The notes under the pieces: model-generated
Seen by the model: the letters and a program-made list of their open reading frames with translations, nothing else
Told to the model about the DNA's origin: nothing
The model's database searches: none
Shown: piece by piece, positions 9,709 through 19,365 of the stretch
How the letters are laid out: the number at the start of each line of letters is the position of its first letter
Numbering within the stretch: position 1 is the stretch's first letter
Position numbers and translations under genes: made by a program
From: Candidatus Latescibacterota bacterium
GTDB lineage: Bacteria > Latescibacterota > UBA2968 > UBA8231
Length of the DNA stretch: 64,000 nucleotides
NCBI GenBank assembly: GCA_965221775.1
Contig: CBDCSU010000006.1
Span: 320,001 to 384,000 of the forward strand
Reading direction: 5' to 3'

Positions 9709-11292
9709 CTAGCGGGCGAAGTGGACGGCGCGGACCTCGCGGATGACGAGGACCTTGATCTGGCCGTGCTGGCCGAGTTCCTCCTCCAGGTCGCAGGCGA
9801 TCTCGTCGGCGAGCTGGTCGGCATAGGCGTCGTCGACGGCGCCGCTGTCCACGAGGACGCGGACCTCCCGGCCGTTCTGGAGGGCGAAGGCGTGCCGCAC
9901 GCCTGGATGGTCGAGGGCGATCTCCTCGATGTTGTGCATGCGGCGGATGTAGTCCTCCACCTTCCCCTTGAGGGCGCCGGGCCGGTTGGTGGAGATCTCG
10001 TCGGCGGCTTCCACGAGGATGGACAGGGCCGACCGGCCCGGCAGGTGCGGAACGTGGTTCTCGATCACCTCCGCCACCTCGGAGCTCTCGCCGCACTTGC
10101 GGGCCAGGGCGGCGCTGGCCTGGGCGGGATCGGAGCCGACTTCCTGGTCGAGGGCTTTGGCCACGTCGTGGAGCAGGCCGGCGCGCCTGGCCAGGGCGAT
10201 GTCCATGTCGAGCTCCTCGGCCATCATGCCGGCCAGGAGCCCGACCTCCTTGCTGTGGACGAGCAGGTTCTGCCCGTAGCTGGTGCGGAAGCGCAGCTTT
10301 CCCAGGTGCTCCAGGAGAGGCTCGGCCATGTCGTGGATGCCGAGGTCGAAAGCCGCCTGGGACCCGGACTCGCGGATCAGCTCCTCCGCGTCCTCCAGGC
10401 ACTTGGTGTAGACCTCCTCGATCCGGCCGGGGTGGATGCGGCCGTCGAGGATCAGCTTCTCCAGGGTGTTCTTGGCGACTTCCCGGCGCAAGGGATCGAA
10501 GCTGGAGAGCATGACCACTCCGGGCGTGTCGTCGACGATGACCTCGACGCCGGTGGTCATGTCGAAGGAACGGATATTGCGGCCGTCGCGGCCGATGATG
10601 CGGCCCTTCATGTCGTCGTTGGGCAGGGAGACGTCGGAGACCGTGCTCTCCATGGCCAGCCGGCCGGCGAAGCGCTGAATCGACCGGGCGATGATCTCCT
10701 TGGCCTCGCGGTTGGCGTTGGCGATGGCGTGATCCTTGATCTGCCTGACCTTGCGCGCCGCGTACTGGCGCGCCCTCGCCTCCTGCTGCTCGATGAGGAG
10801 GCGGCGCGCCTCGGGCATGCTCAGACCGGCGATCTCCTCGAGCCGCTCACGCTGCTGCCTCGTCATGTCGCCGACGCGGGCCTCCTCGGCGGTGATCGAC
10901 TCCTCCCTCCGGGACTGCTCCTGCTCGGTCTTGAGGAGGCTGCGCTCCTTGCTCTCGAGGACGTCGACCTTGCGGTCGAGCTGTTGCTCCCGCTCCTGCA
11001 GATCGGTCTCGAACTGGCGCAGGGAGCGCCTGGCGTTCTCCAGCTCGCGGTCCAGGGGCTCGCGCTGCCGCCGCCACTCGTCCTTGGCCTCGAGGGTGGC
11101 GGTCTTCTTGAGGGTCTCGGCCTCGCCCCGGGCCTCCTCGAGGACGCGCGCCGCTTCCTCGCGCGAGGAAGCGAGCCGGTTTCCCCGGCGCCGGCCGTTG
11201 ACCAGCCATCCCGAGATGAAACCGAGCCCCAGCACGGCCAGGGCGAGAACCCCGGCCCCGAGGACCACGATCGTCTGGCCCGGGGACATCAA
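9709..11292 (-). CDS. rny: Ribonuclease Y
   Basis: N-terminal TM, coiled coil, KH domain (MKGRIIGRDGRNIR) and HD domain (SYGQN..HS...LLHD). Confidence 0.96.
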   Translation of the reverse strand: MMSPGQTIVVLGAGVLALAVLGLGFISGWLVNGRRRGNRLASSREEAARVLEEARGEAETLKKTATLEAKDEWRRQREPLDRELENARRSLRQFETDLQEREQQLDRKVDVLESKERSLLKTEQEQSRREESITAEEARVGDMTRQQRERLEEIAGLSMPEARRLLIEQQEARARQYAARKVRQIKDHAIANANREAKEIIARSIQRFAGRLAMESTVSDVSLPNDDMKGRIIGRDGRNIRSFDMTTGVEVIVDDTPGVVMLSSFDPLRREVAKNTLEKLILDGRIHPGRIEEVYTKCLEDAEELIRESGSQAAFDLGIHDMAEPLLEHLGKLRFRTSYGQNLLVHSKEVGLLAGMMAEELDMDIALARRAGLLHDVAKALDQEVGSDPAQASAALARKCGESSEVAEVIENHVPHLPGRSALSILVEAADEISTNRPGALKGKVEDYIRRMHNIEEIALDHPGVRHAFALQNGREVRVLVDSGAVDDAYADQLADEIACDLEEELGQHGQIKVLVIREVRAVHFAR

Positions 11293-11636
11293 TCGTCGCG
11301 GCCGGAGGTGGAGACGCCGGCGTCTTGCGGCGCCACCTCCTCGGCGTCGCGGAAGATGCGTCCGAGGGATTCGGTGAGGCGGTGGGTGCGCTCCGAGAGG
11401 TCGGCCTCCACGTTGGAGACCTCGTCCTGCAGGTACAGCAACTCGTCTATCAGCTCGAGGCCGGCGAGCACCGCCGTCTGGATCGGCGTGCTGCCGTCGT
11501 ACTGGACCTCGCGCATCTTGGCGTCCACGAGCTCGGCCGCCTTCTGGATCTGGCGGTCCGTCTCCTCCCCCCGGGAGGCGAAGGCGTACTGCCGGCCCAG
11601 GATGGCGACCTTGGTCGTGCGGACGGCGGGCGCCAT
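11289..11636 (-). CDS. zapA: Cell division protein ZapA
   Basis: VAILGRQY...AAELVDAKM...AVLAGL; pheT-zapB-zapA-rny synteny. Confidence 0.88.
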   Translation of the reverse strand: MAPAVRTTKVAILGRQYAFASRGEETDRQIQKAAELVDAKMREVQYDGSTPIQTAVLAGLELIDELLYLQDEVSNVEADLSERTHRLTESLGRIFRDAEEVAPQDAGVSTSGRDD

Positions 11637-11643
11637 CGCGGCC

Positions 11644-11898
11644 TCAGGAATCCACGGCCTCGAGCCGGGACAACAGGCACTCGAGGCGTTCCTTGGCCTG
11701 CCGGTTGCGCTCCGTCGACTGGCGCTGCTCCTCACCGGCCTCGCTCAGGCGGGTCTGCAACCCTTCGATCTGCTGCCGGGCGTCGGCGGCCTGCTTGCGC
11801 AGGGCCGCGTTCTCGGTGCGGAACTGCTCGAGTACCTCCAGCAGGCGGTTCACCTCATCCTCCAGGCGCTGGAAATTGCTGTCCACGTGCTCGGTCAT
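11644..11898 (-). CDS. zapB: ZapB-like coiled-coil protein
   Basis: 84-aa pure coiled coil between pheT and zapA. Confidence 0.7.
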   Translation of the reverse strand: MTEHVDSNFQRLEDEVNRLLEVLEQFRTENAALRKQAADARQQIEGLQTRLSEAGEEQRQSTERNRQAKERLECLLSRLEAVDS

Positions 11899-14297
11899 GG
11901 TCTCCTCGGTGTCCCTGTCTGTCTCAGTCGTGCCCCGAAAGCCCCCCGCAGACGTTCGAGGGCGTCATCCAGGATCCTGTCGGCATCGCCGTCCTCGAGC
12001 GTCCGTTCCGCCGATCTCAGCCGCAGGGAGAAGGCGAGGCTCCGCTTGCCCGCCTCGACCTGGTCCCCCCTGTAGACGTCGAAGAGGTCGACGCGCTCCA
12101 CGAGATCGGGGGCCGCCGACCGGATCGCGGCCTCCGCCTGCCCGGCGGGAATGGCCTCATCGAGGACCACCGCCAGGTCGCGTTCGACCGCGGGGAACCT
12201 GGGGAGCGGGTGAAAGGCGGAGGGCCGCTGCGCCCAGGCGTCGAACAGCTCGGAGAGCTCAAGCTCAAAGATATGGGTGTCCCGATCGAGATCAAAGCGG
12301 GCGACGAGGGAGGGATCGACCTGCCCCAAGGCCCCCAGGATGCGGTCCCCGAGGCGGATACGGGCCCCGTGCCCCGCGCGCCAGGGAGAGCCTTCCGCCG
12401 GTTCGAAGCAGATCCCGTCGATCCCCTGCAGGAGGCCGTCGAGGGCGCCCTTGAGATCGAGGAAATCCACCTCCCGCTGTTCGGCCCGCCAGGTGGAGGC
12501 CGACAACCCTCCGGCGAGCAGGCCGCCCGCCCGCAGGGACTCGCCGTGGCCGCCGCCGTCGGCGGCGATGAACACCCGCCCGATCTCGAAGATCCCCACG
12601 CCGGGGGACCGTTGATGGAAGTTCCTCCGGGCCACGTCGAGCAGACCCGGCACCAGGCTCGTGCGCAGGCTGGACACACCCTGGGCGGGAGGGTTGGCGA
12701 GGCGGCAGGCCACGGGTCCGCTCAGTTCCGCCCAGTCGTCGGCGACGATGCTGGAAGTGACGGCCTCGTCCAGTCCCGCCGCGGTGAGCAGCCGGCGGAC
12801 TCGGCGCTGGCCGTCGTAGCCCGCTCCCGCCGGGCCGGGGGGCGGGCCCCGCAGCTCGCTCCGGGCGGGAACCTCCTCGTACCCGTGGACCCTGCCCACC
12901 TCCTCCACGAGGTCGATCTCGCGCTCGAGGTCGGGCCGGAAGGACGGGGCCTCCACTTGCAGGACCCCCGCGCCTCCCTCGCTCACCGCGCAGCCCAGGC
13001 TCTCGAGGATCCGCCGGCACCGGGCGGGGCCGACGTCGACGGCCAGCAGCGAGGCGGCCCTGGACGGGCGCAGCCGGATGCGGCGCCGCTGCAGGGCGGC
13101 GGGCATCACATCGATGCAGCCCGGGGCGGGCCGGGCGCCCGCGATCTCGGCCATCAGGGCGGCGGCGCGGGCGCTGGCCGCCGCCGGGAGGTCCCAGTCG
13201 ACGCCGCGCTCGAAGCGGAAGGAGGCCTCGGTCCGGATGCCGAGGCGAGAGGAGAGGCTGCGCACCCGGCGCGGGTCGAAGTACGCGGCTTCGAGCAGCA
13301 CCTCCATGGTCCCTTCGTTGACCTCCGACTCGGCGCCCCCCATGACCCCGGCGAGGGCCACGGGACGGCTGGCGTCGGCGATGACGAGGGCCGAGCCGTC
13401 GAGTTCGTGGTCGCCGCCGTCGAGGGTCCGCAACGCCTCGCCGGGGCGGGCCCCGCGGACCACGATCCGGCCCTCCTGCAGCCGATGCAGGTCGAAGGCG
13501 TGGAGCGGCTGGCCGAGCTCGAGCATGACGAAGTTGGTCACGTCGACGATGTTGTTCACCGGGCGCTGGCCGACGGCCCGCAACCGGTCCTGAAGCCACC
13601 GGGGCGAGGGGCCGACGGCGACCTGGCGCAGGATCCGGGCCACGTAACGGGGACAGCCCTCGGCGTCCACGATCTCCACCCCGGTGGAGGCGGCCGCCGG
13701 CTCGCCGCTCTCGCACAGCTCGGGGACCGGGAGGCGGAGTCGGGCGCCGGTCAGGGCGGCGACCTCGCGGGCGACCCCCGCCACGCTGAGGCAGTCGGGC
13801 CGGTTCGGGGTGACCTCGAAGTCCATGACGACGTCGTCCAGGCCCGCCGCCTCCGCCATGGGGGAACCCGCTCGGCAGTCCCCGGGCAGCACCAGGATGC
13901 CTTCGTCATCCTCGCCGAGGCCGAGCTCGGCCTCGGAGCAGATCATGCCCTCGGAGCGGATGCCCCGGAGCTCGACCTTCTCGATGCGGGTGCCGTCGGG
14001 CAGGGCGCAGCCGGGCAGCACCACGGGAACCATCTGGCCGGCGGCCACGTTGGCGGCGCCGCAGACGATCCGAGCCGGTTCCGGGCGCCCTACGTCCACC
14101 CGGCAGACGGACAGGCGGTCGGCCTTCGGGTGGGGGGCGCTCTCCAGCACCCGTCCGACGACGATCCCCGACAGGCGCGCGCCAAGGTCCTCGACGCTCT
14201 CGGCCTCCAGGCCGGCCATGGTCAGGCGGTGGACCAGCTCTTCGGGAGTCGAGTCTACGTCCACGTACTCGCGCAGCCAGTTCAGCGTGATCTTCAT
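11895..14297 (-). CDS. pheT: Phenylalanine--tRNA ligase beta subunit
   Basis: MKITLNWLREYV, IVCGAANV, TPNRPDCLS, C-terminal anticodon-binding domain. Confidence 0.98.
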   Translation of the reverse strand: MKITLNWLREYVDVDSTPEELVHRLTMAGLEAESVEDLGARLSGIVVGRVLESAPHPKADRLSVCRVDVGRPEPARIVCGAANVAAGQMVPVVLPGCALPDGTRIEKVELRGIRSEGMICSEAELGLGEDDEGILVLPGDCRAGSPMAEAAGLDDVVMDFEVTPNRPDCLSVAGVAREVAALTGARLRLPVPELCESGEPAAASTGVEIVDAEGCPRYVARILRQVAVGPSPRWLQDRLRAVGQRPVNNIVDVTNFVMLELGQPLHAFDLHRLQEGRIVVRGARPGEALRTLDGGDHELDGSALVIADASRPVALAGVMGGAESEVNEGTMEVLLEAAYFDPRRVRSLSSRLGIRTEASFRFERGVDWDLPAAASARAAALMAEIAGARPAPGCIDVMPAALQRRRIRLRPSRAASLLAVDVGPARCRRILESLGCAVSEGGAGVLQVEAPSFRPDLEREIDLVEEVGRVHGYEEVPARSELRGPPPGPAGAGYDGQRRVRRLLTAAGLDEAVTSSIVADDWAELSGPVACRLANPPAQGVSSLRTSLVPGLLDVARRNFHQRSPGVGIFEIGRVFIAADGGGHGESLRAGGLLAGGLSASTWRAEQREVDFLDLKGALDGLLQGIDGICFEPAEGSPWRAGHGARIRLGDRILGALGQVDPSLVARFDLDRDTHIFELELSELFDAWAQRPSAFHPLPRFPAVERDLAVVLDEAIPAGQAEAAIRSAAPDLVERVDLFDVYRGDQVEAGKRSLAFSLRLRSAERTLEDGDADRILDDALERLRGAFGARLRQTGTPRRP

Positions 14298-14309
14298 CCC
14301 ATCCGCCCC

Positions 14310-15344
14310 TCAGCCGGTCCCGAACTGGCGCGTGAACCTGAGGTCGCTCTCGAGGAAGAGCCGGATGTCGTCGATCCCGTGGCGGATCATGGCCACGCGC
14401 TCGATCCCGAAGCCGAAGGCGAAGCCCGTGTACTTCTCGGCATCGTAACCGACGGCGCTGAAGACCTCCGGATCGACCATGCCGGCGCCGCCGATCTCGA
14501 TCCAGCCCGTGCCCTTGCAGACCCGGCAGCGCCCCCCATCCGAGCTCCCCGTGCCGCCGCAGAGGGTGCAGGAGAAGTCGTACTCGACGCTCGGTTCGGT
14601 GAAGGGGAAGAAGTGGGGCCGGAAGCGGATTCTCGTGTCGGCGCCGAGGACACGTCGGCCGAGGGCGGTCAGGGTCCCCTTGAGCTCGGCCATGGAGACC
14701 CCCCGGTCGACGTACAGCCCCTCGATCTGGTGGAAGACCATGTGGTGGGTGGCGTCGACGCTCTCCTTGCGGTAGCAGCGGCCCACGGACAGCACCCGGA
14801 CCGGGGGCGGCTGACGTTCCATCACCCGGATCTGCACCGTCGAGGTATGGGTGCGCAGGAGCCGCCCGTCGGTGAGGTAGAAGGTGTCCTGCTCGTCGCG
14901 GGCCGGGTGGTCGGCTGGGGTGTTGAGGGCGTCGAAGTTGTGATGCTCGTCCTCGACCTCCGGGCCGTCGGCGACGGTGAAGCCCATCTGCCGCAGGGCG
15001 TCGACGAGCTCGTCGGCGGTGGCCGACAGCGGATGGGTGTGGCCGCGCCGCTGAGGCCGCCCGGGGAGGGTGAAGTCGATGGCCGCCGCCGACTCCGCCG
15101 CCTTCTCCAGTGCCTGCTGGCGCCCCTCGAGAGCGTCGGCGATCTGCTTCTGCGCCTTCCCCGCCGCCTGGCCCACCGAGGGGCGCTGGTCGCCGGGGAG
15201 GTCGCCGATGCCGCCGAGGATCCGCCGCAACCGGCTGCGGCGTCCGGTGAACCTCACCCTCACCTCGTCGAGGGCCTTCAGCTCCTCCGCGGCGTCGACG
15301 GCCTCCAGGGCCTGCTGCCGGATTTCCTCGATCTCATTCAACAT
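14310..15344 (-). CDS. pheS: Phenylalanine--tRNA ligase alpha subunit
   Basis: HPARDEQDTF, LRTHTS, RPHFFPFTEPS, GFAFGFGIER; CxxC-CxxC insert. Confidence 0.98.
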   Translation of the reverse strand: MLNEIEEIRQQALEAVDAAEELKALDEVRVRFTGRRSRLRRILGGIGDLPGDQRPSVGQAAGKAQKQIADALEGRQQALEKAAESAAAIDFTLPGRPQRRGHTHPLSATADELVDALRQMGFTVADGPEVEDEHHNFDALNTPADHPARDEQDTFYLTDGRLLRTHTSTVQIRVMERQPPPVRVLSVGRCYRKESVDATHHMVFHQIEGLYVDRGVSMAELKGTLTALGRRVLGADTRIRFRPHFFPFTEPSVEYDFSCTLCGGTGSSDGGRCRVCKGTGWIEIGGAGMVDPEVFSAVGYDAEKYTGFAFGFGIERVAMIRHGIDDIRLFLESDLRFTRQFGTG

Positions 15345-15488
15345 ACGGGTCCTGATCCCTCGAGCTGGGCGCCGGGCGGGGGCGACGCCGGAGACGACAG
15401 ACCGGTCGGCTCCGGGGTTCGTCCTGGGGGATCGGGAAATCGGGACCGGCGGGGCCCCGAAGGCCCCGTCCACCGGCTGGCGCCGGTC

Positions 15489-15842
15489 TTACAAGTGGGC
15501 CTTCGCCTGATCGACGATGGCCGTAAACGCCTCCGGATCGCGCACCGCGAGGTCGGCCAGCACCTTGCGGTTGACCTTCACCTCGGCGCGGTCGAGCCCG
15601 CTGATCAGCCGGCTGTACGACAACCCCTGTAGCCGGGCGGCGGCGTTGATCCGCGTGATCCACAGGCGGCGCATGTCGCGCTTGCGGTTGCGGCGGTCCC
15701 GGTAGGCGTAGGCCTGGGCGCGGTCGACCGCCTCGCGGGCGGTCCGGAACAGGCGGCTGCGACCGCCGAAGTACCCCCGGGCCTGCTTGAGGACCTTCTT
15801 GTGGCGTCGGCGGGAGGCGACGCGGTTGCGCGCACGAGGCAT
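15489..15842 (-). CDS. rplT: 50S ribosomal protein L20
   Basis: [25 protein letters not shown]. Confidence 0.99.
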   Translation of the reverse strand: MPRARNRVASRRRHKKVLKQARGYFGGRSRLFRTAREAVDRAQAYAYRDRRNRKRDMRRLWITRINAAARLQGLSYSRLISGLDRAEVKVNRKVLADLAVRDPEAFTAIVDQAKAHL

Positions 15843-15852
15843 GGACGGGCTC

Positions 15853-16047
15853 CTACTTCAGACCCAGCGAGCGCCGCACGTTGTCGAGATTGGCCGGTGA
15901 CACGCTCTCGTTCTTCCGCAGGGCGCGCTTGCGCTTGGTGGAGCGCTTGCCCAGGAAGTGGTCGCCGAAGGCCCTCCGGCGCTTGAGGCCGTTCCCGCGC
16001 TTCTTGATGCGCTTCGCCGTGGACTTGTGAGTCTTGATCTTTGGCAT
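15853..16047 (-). CDS. rpmI: 50S ribosomal protein L35
   Basis: [13 protein letters not shown], directly upstream of rplT. Confidence 0.97.
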   Translation of the reverse strand: MPKIKTHKSTAKRIKKRGNGLKRRRAFGDHFLGKRSTKRKRALRKNESVSPANLDNVRRSLGLK

Positions 16048-16095
16048 GACGGCAATCCTGGCCCTCTTGAGGGGACCCTGCTGGTCAGCCAGAGG

Positions 16096-16124
16096 AGAAT
16101 AGGGGTGAGCTCCGCTTATGTCAA
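16096..16124 (-). promoter_or_regulatory. Sigma70 promoter for rpmI-rplT
   Basis: TTGACA-17bp-TATTCT on the minus strand, about 50 bp upstream of rpmI. Confidence 0.8.
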
Positions 16125-16255
16125 TGACGCCAAGCACCCCCGGGATCGTGGAGCAGTCGGCCAACCAATTGAGCGACAAGCTCTTGCGTGATCTGGAGGA
16201 TCGCCGCTCCCCGGGGGCCGCCTCGGCCAGCGTCCCCTGCCGTGAGGCCGGCGGG

Positions 16256-16534
16256 TCAGGCGGTCCGCTCTTCCAGGAACTCCCGTACCGCCGGGCGCAG
16301 GAACACGTCTTCCAGCGGCAACCGGGCCAGGGCTCGGGCCATCAGGTCGACGCGCTCCGGCAGCGACAGCTGCCGGTCGAGGAGGATGCAGTTCTGTCCG
16401 CGCAGGCGGAAGAGGCCGCCCCGGCTGCCGTCGAGATCCTCGCGGCGAATCTCCACCGACAGCTGCGAGGCCACCGCCTCCAGTTCCTGCAACAGGCGGG
16501 CCTCCTCGGCGTCCGGTTGGTCAGGGAGGGGCAT
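16256..16534 (-). CDS. Conserved hypothetical protein (92 aa)
   Basis: Globular-looking sequence (EIRREDLDGSRGGLFRLRG...PAVREFLE) with typical codon usage. Confidence 0.75.
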   Translation of the reverse strand: MPLPDQPDAEEARLLQELEAVASQLSVEIRREDLDGSRGGLFRLRGQNCILLDRQLSLPERVDLMARALARLPLEDVFLRPAVREFLEERTA

Positions 16535-16589
16535 GTCGGTAATATACGGCCGATACGGCCACCTGAACGCGCCTGCCGATCGAGCCATT

Positions 16590-17441
16590 GTGAGAGACAG
16601 CCTTCCCCAGCCCGGGGAGGACCGCGCCCGCGGGGAAGACCCGTGGATTCTGGTCACCAACGACGACGGCGTCGACTCCCCGGCCCTGCTCCCCCTGCTG
16701 GCCTCGCTCGGGACGCTGGGCCCGGCGCGCGCCCTGGTCCCGGACCGCGAGTGCAGCTGGTCCTCCAAGACGCTGACCCGCTTCGGCCGCCTCAGGCTCC
16801 GCCGGGTGAGCGCCGGGGATCGGACGCTGCACACTCTCGACGGCTCCCCCGCGGACTGCGCGAATGCGGGAGTCCACAATCTGGCGGCGTCGCCGCCCCG
16901 CCTCGCGGTCTCCGGGATCAACATCGGCGCCAATGCCGGCCTCGCCTTTCTGCTCAGTTCGGGCACGGTCGGCGCCGCCGTCGAGGCCGCCCTCAGCGGC
17001 GTCCCCGCCGTGGCCTTCTCGCTGCAGTTGCGCCCCGACGACTACGCTCGCTGGCGCAGCGACCGGCGCGACTCCCTGCCTCCCGGCGCCTGGGAGCAGG
17101 CGGCGGCGGTGGCCCGCGAGATCACCTCCGAGGTTCTTCGAGGGGGGCTCCCCGAGGGGGCCCGGCTGCTCTCGGTGAACCTTCCCCCCGGTGCGGGTCC
17201 CGGCACGCGCCGGGTGCTGACCCGGGTCACACCGAGCGCCTACGGGCGGTTCTTCCGCCACGACGGCGACGGCCGCCTGGAGCACGTCTCCTCCGGCCTG
17301 CGGCGTCACCGCGAGTTGGAGGACGGGGATCTGGACGTCCTGGAGAAGGGATGGGTCTCGATCACGCCCCTGAGCCTGGGGCTGGACATCAGCGCGGCGG
17401 CAGGGGATCGGTCCCGCTTCGAGCGCGCCTCCGGATGCTGA
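16590..17441 (+). CDS. surE: 5'/3'-nucleotidase SurE
   Basis: ILVTNDDG, GSPADC, SGINIGAN, SGTVGAA, VSITPL. Start is approximate. Confidence 0.93.
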   Translation: MRDSLPQPGEDRARGEDPWILVTNDDGVDSPALLPLLASLGTLGPARALVPDRECSWSSKTLTRFGRLRLRRVSAGDRTLHTLDGSPADCANAGVHNLAASPPRLAVSGINIGANAGLAFLLSSGTVGAAVEAALSGVPAVAFSLQLRPDDYARWRSDRRDSLPPGAWEQAAAVAREITSEVLRGGLPEGARLLSVNLPPGAGPGTRRVLTRVTPSAYGRFFRHDGDGRLEHVSSGLRRHRELEDGDLDVLEKGWVSITPLSLGLDISAAAGDRSRFERASGC

Positions 17442-18775
17442 ACCGGGTGTGGATCGCCCTGGCGGCCACCGTGGCGTGCGCCGCCGGGGCCGGGGCGGAA
17501 CCGTCCGCGGCAGACACCACCAAGGTGCAAGGGGCGCCCGCCGACTCGGCGCGCGCGCGCGGGCTGAACAGCCTGCTGAGCGGGGCGGCGGTGGTCGCCG
17601 ATCCGCTCGCGGCCGGGGAACAGACGGTGGACGCCGTGCGCTGGCTGGCCAAGCGGCGGCAGTTCGTGCTCCGGGGCACGCCCTACGGCTTCACGGGACT
17701 GCCGATCGTCTACTACAGCCCGGGCACCGGGTGGAACTACGGCGGGCGCCTGCAGATCGCCGACTATCACCGGCGTCCGTACCGCTACAAGCTCAGCCTC
17801 CATTGGGTGAAGTCGACCCGGGGAAAGCGCGTCAGCTACCTGCGCTTCCGGTTGCCCCACATGGCGGGGACCGGCTTCGGTCTCATCCTGACGGCGAGCA
17901 ACAAGCGCGACATCCGGGCCCGCTACTACGGCCTGTCGAACGACAGCGAGAACAACGAGGGCCTCACCGAGTCGGACCACCCCGACTTCATCGACGAGGA
18001 CTACTACCACTATGTCCTGGAGGCGCCCCGGGCGATCGTCAACCTCCTCCGTCACCTCTACGGTCCGATGACCGTTTCCCTCGGCCTCGGCCTCGAGCGG
18101 ACCGATGTCGACGGCAGGGGGCAGCGCTCCTACTACCTCGACGCCGGCACCCCGGACGGTGTGGTGGACGGCATCACGGGGTTCGTGGGCCTGAGCCTGC
18201 GGTGGGACACCCGGGACGACCCCTCGATCCCGCGCCGGGGCCTGTTTCAGGAGTGGAGCTACGAGACCTCCCGAAACTCCCTCCTGAGCCTGCTCTTCGA
18301 GCAGATCGACTTCCAGCGCTACACCTTCACCGACGCCCGCTACTACCCCGTCTCCCCGCGGCTGAACATCGCCCATCGCACCATCGTGGAAGCCCTGAAG
18401 GGGACCGTGCCCCTGTACGCCTACGGCGAGATCGGCGGCAGCCGGAGGATCAAGGGCCTCGGGGGATCCGACACCTTGCGGGGGTTCGACCGGCAGCGCT
18501 TCACCGACAACGTGCGCGTCCTCACCAACACGGAGGCGCGCTACTACCTCGGGAGCCGGACCGTTTTCCAGCAGCACCTCGACCTGCTGGCCATCCTCTT
18601 CGCCGACAGCGGCCAGGTGGCGCCTGGATTCTCCGATCTCCATCCCCTCGACACCCACCTGAGCATCGGTTGGGGCCTGCGCACCTACTGGAACGAGGAC
18701 TTCGTCGTGCGCGCCGACCTCGGCGTCTCGGAGGAACAGCTCTACACCATCCTCAAGTACCGCAACATCTTCTGA
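17435..18775 (+). CDS. Omp85/BamA-TamA family outer membrane barrel protein
   Basis: Signal peptide; WDTRDD, LGGSDTLRGF..RF, NTEARY; terminal Phe. Confidence 0.85.
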   Translation: MLNRVWIALAATVACAAGAGAEPSAADTTKVQGAPADSARARGLNSLLSGAAVVADPLAAGEQTVDAVRWLAKRRQFVLRGTPYGFTGLPIVYYSPGTGWNYGGRLQIADYHRRPYRYKLSLHWVKSTRGKRVSYLRFRLPHMAGTGFGLILTASNKRDIRARYYGLSNDSENNEGLTESDHPDFIDEDYYHYVLEAPRAIVNLLRHLYGPMTVSLGLGLERTDVDGRGQRSYYLDAGTPDGVVDGITGFVGLSLRWDTRDDPSIPRRGLFQEWSYETSRNSLLSLLFEQIDFQRYTFTDARYYPVSPRLNIAHRTIVEALKGTVPLYAYGEIGGSRRIKGLGGSDTLRGFDRQRFTDNVRVLTNTEARYYLGSRTVFQQHLDLLAILFADSGQVAPGFSDLHPLDTHLSIGWGLRTYWNEDFVVRADLGVSEEQLYTILKYRNIF

Positions 18776-18776
18776 G

Positions 18777-19307
18777 TCAGCCCGCCGGAGACCCCATCAC
18801 CGGCCGCAGGCGGACCGCCAACCAGGCGACGAGGAGCCCCACGAGCAGGTCCTTCGGCAGGGGCGCCAGGCCGAGCTCCAGGGCGAGATCCGCCGCCGCT
18901 GGACTGGCCGCCACGAAACGCAGGTTGAGGTAGAGCCCCAGCACCCCGGCGGCATAGATCGCCGCCATCCCGGCACAGGTCGCGGCCAGGGCCCGCCGGA
19001 AGGTGACTCGCCGGTCCTCCCCGGCCAACCGCCCCGCCAGCCAGGCGCCGGCGACGAACCCCAGCAGGTAGCCGGCGGAGGGCTTGAGCAGGTAGTGGAG
19101 CCCTCCGCCCCCGGCGAACACGGGCAGGCCCACCAGCCCCGCCGTGAGATAGACCCCCTGGCTCGCCGCCCCCCGCCAGGGCCCCAGCAACAGCCCGGCC
19201 AGGCAGACGAAGGCCGCCTGCAGGGTGATGGGTACATGAGGCAGGGGGAGGCGTAACTGCGCGCCCACGGCGGTGAGGGCGGCCATGAGCGCCACCGGCA
19301 CCAGCAC
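18777..19307 (-). CDS. bioY: Biotin transporter BioY
   Basis: VPITLQ, YLTAGLVGLPVFAGG, PSAGYLLGF. Confidence 0.93.
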   Translation of the reverse strand: MLVPVALMAALTAVGAQLRLPLPHVPITLQAAFVCLAGLLLGPWRGAASQGVYLTAGLVGLPVFAGGGGLHYLLKPSAGYLLGFVAGAWLAGRLAGEDRRVTFRRALAATCAGMAAIYAAGVLGLYLNLRFVAASPAAADLALELGLAPLPKDLLVGLLVAWLAVRLRPVMGSPAG

Positions 19308-19365
19308 CCGGGGGTTCAGGAAAGACCGGACCGGGAAGGGGGGGATCGGCGCTCGGGCCGGCGGA

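Noticed and set aside
9622-11640. 6S RNA near zapA/rny
   Set aside because: zapA overlaps rny and the rny-ymdB gap is under 90 bp, leaving no room.
11325-15632. Very long + strand ORF (1435 aa) and similar shadow ORFs such as 8659-12075, 24752-28042 and 2919-5582
   Set aside because: They lie antisense to clear housekeeping genes and are expected in high-GC DNA; no recognisable motifs.
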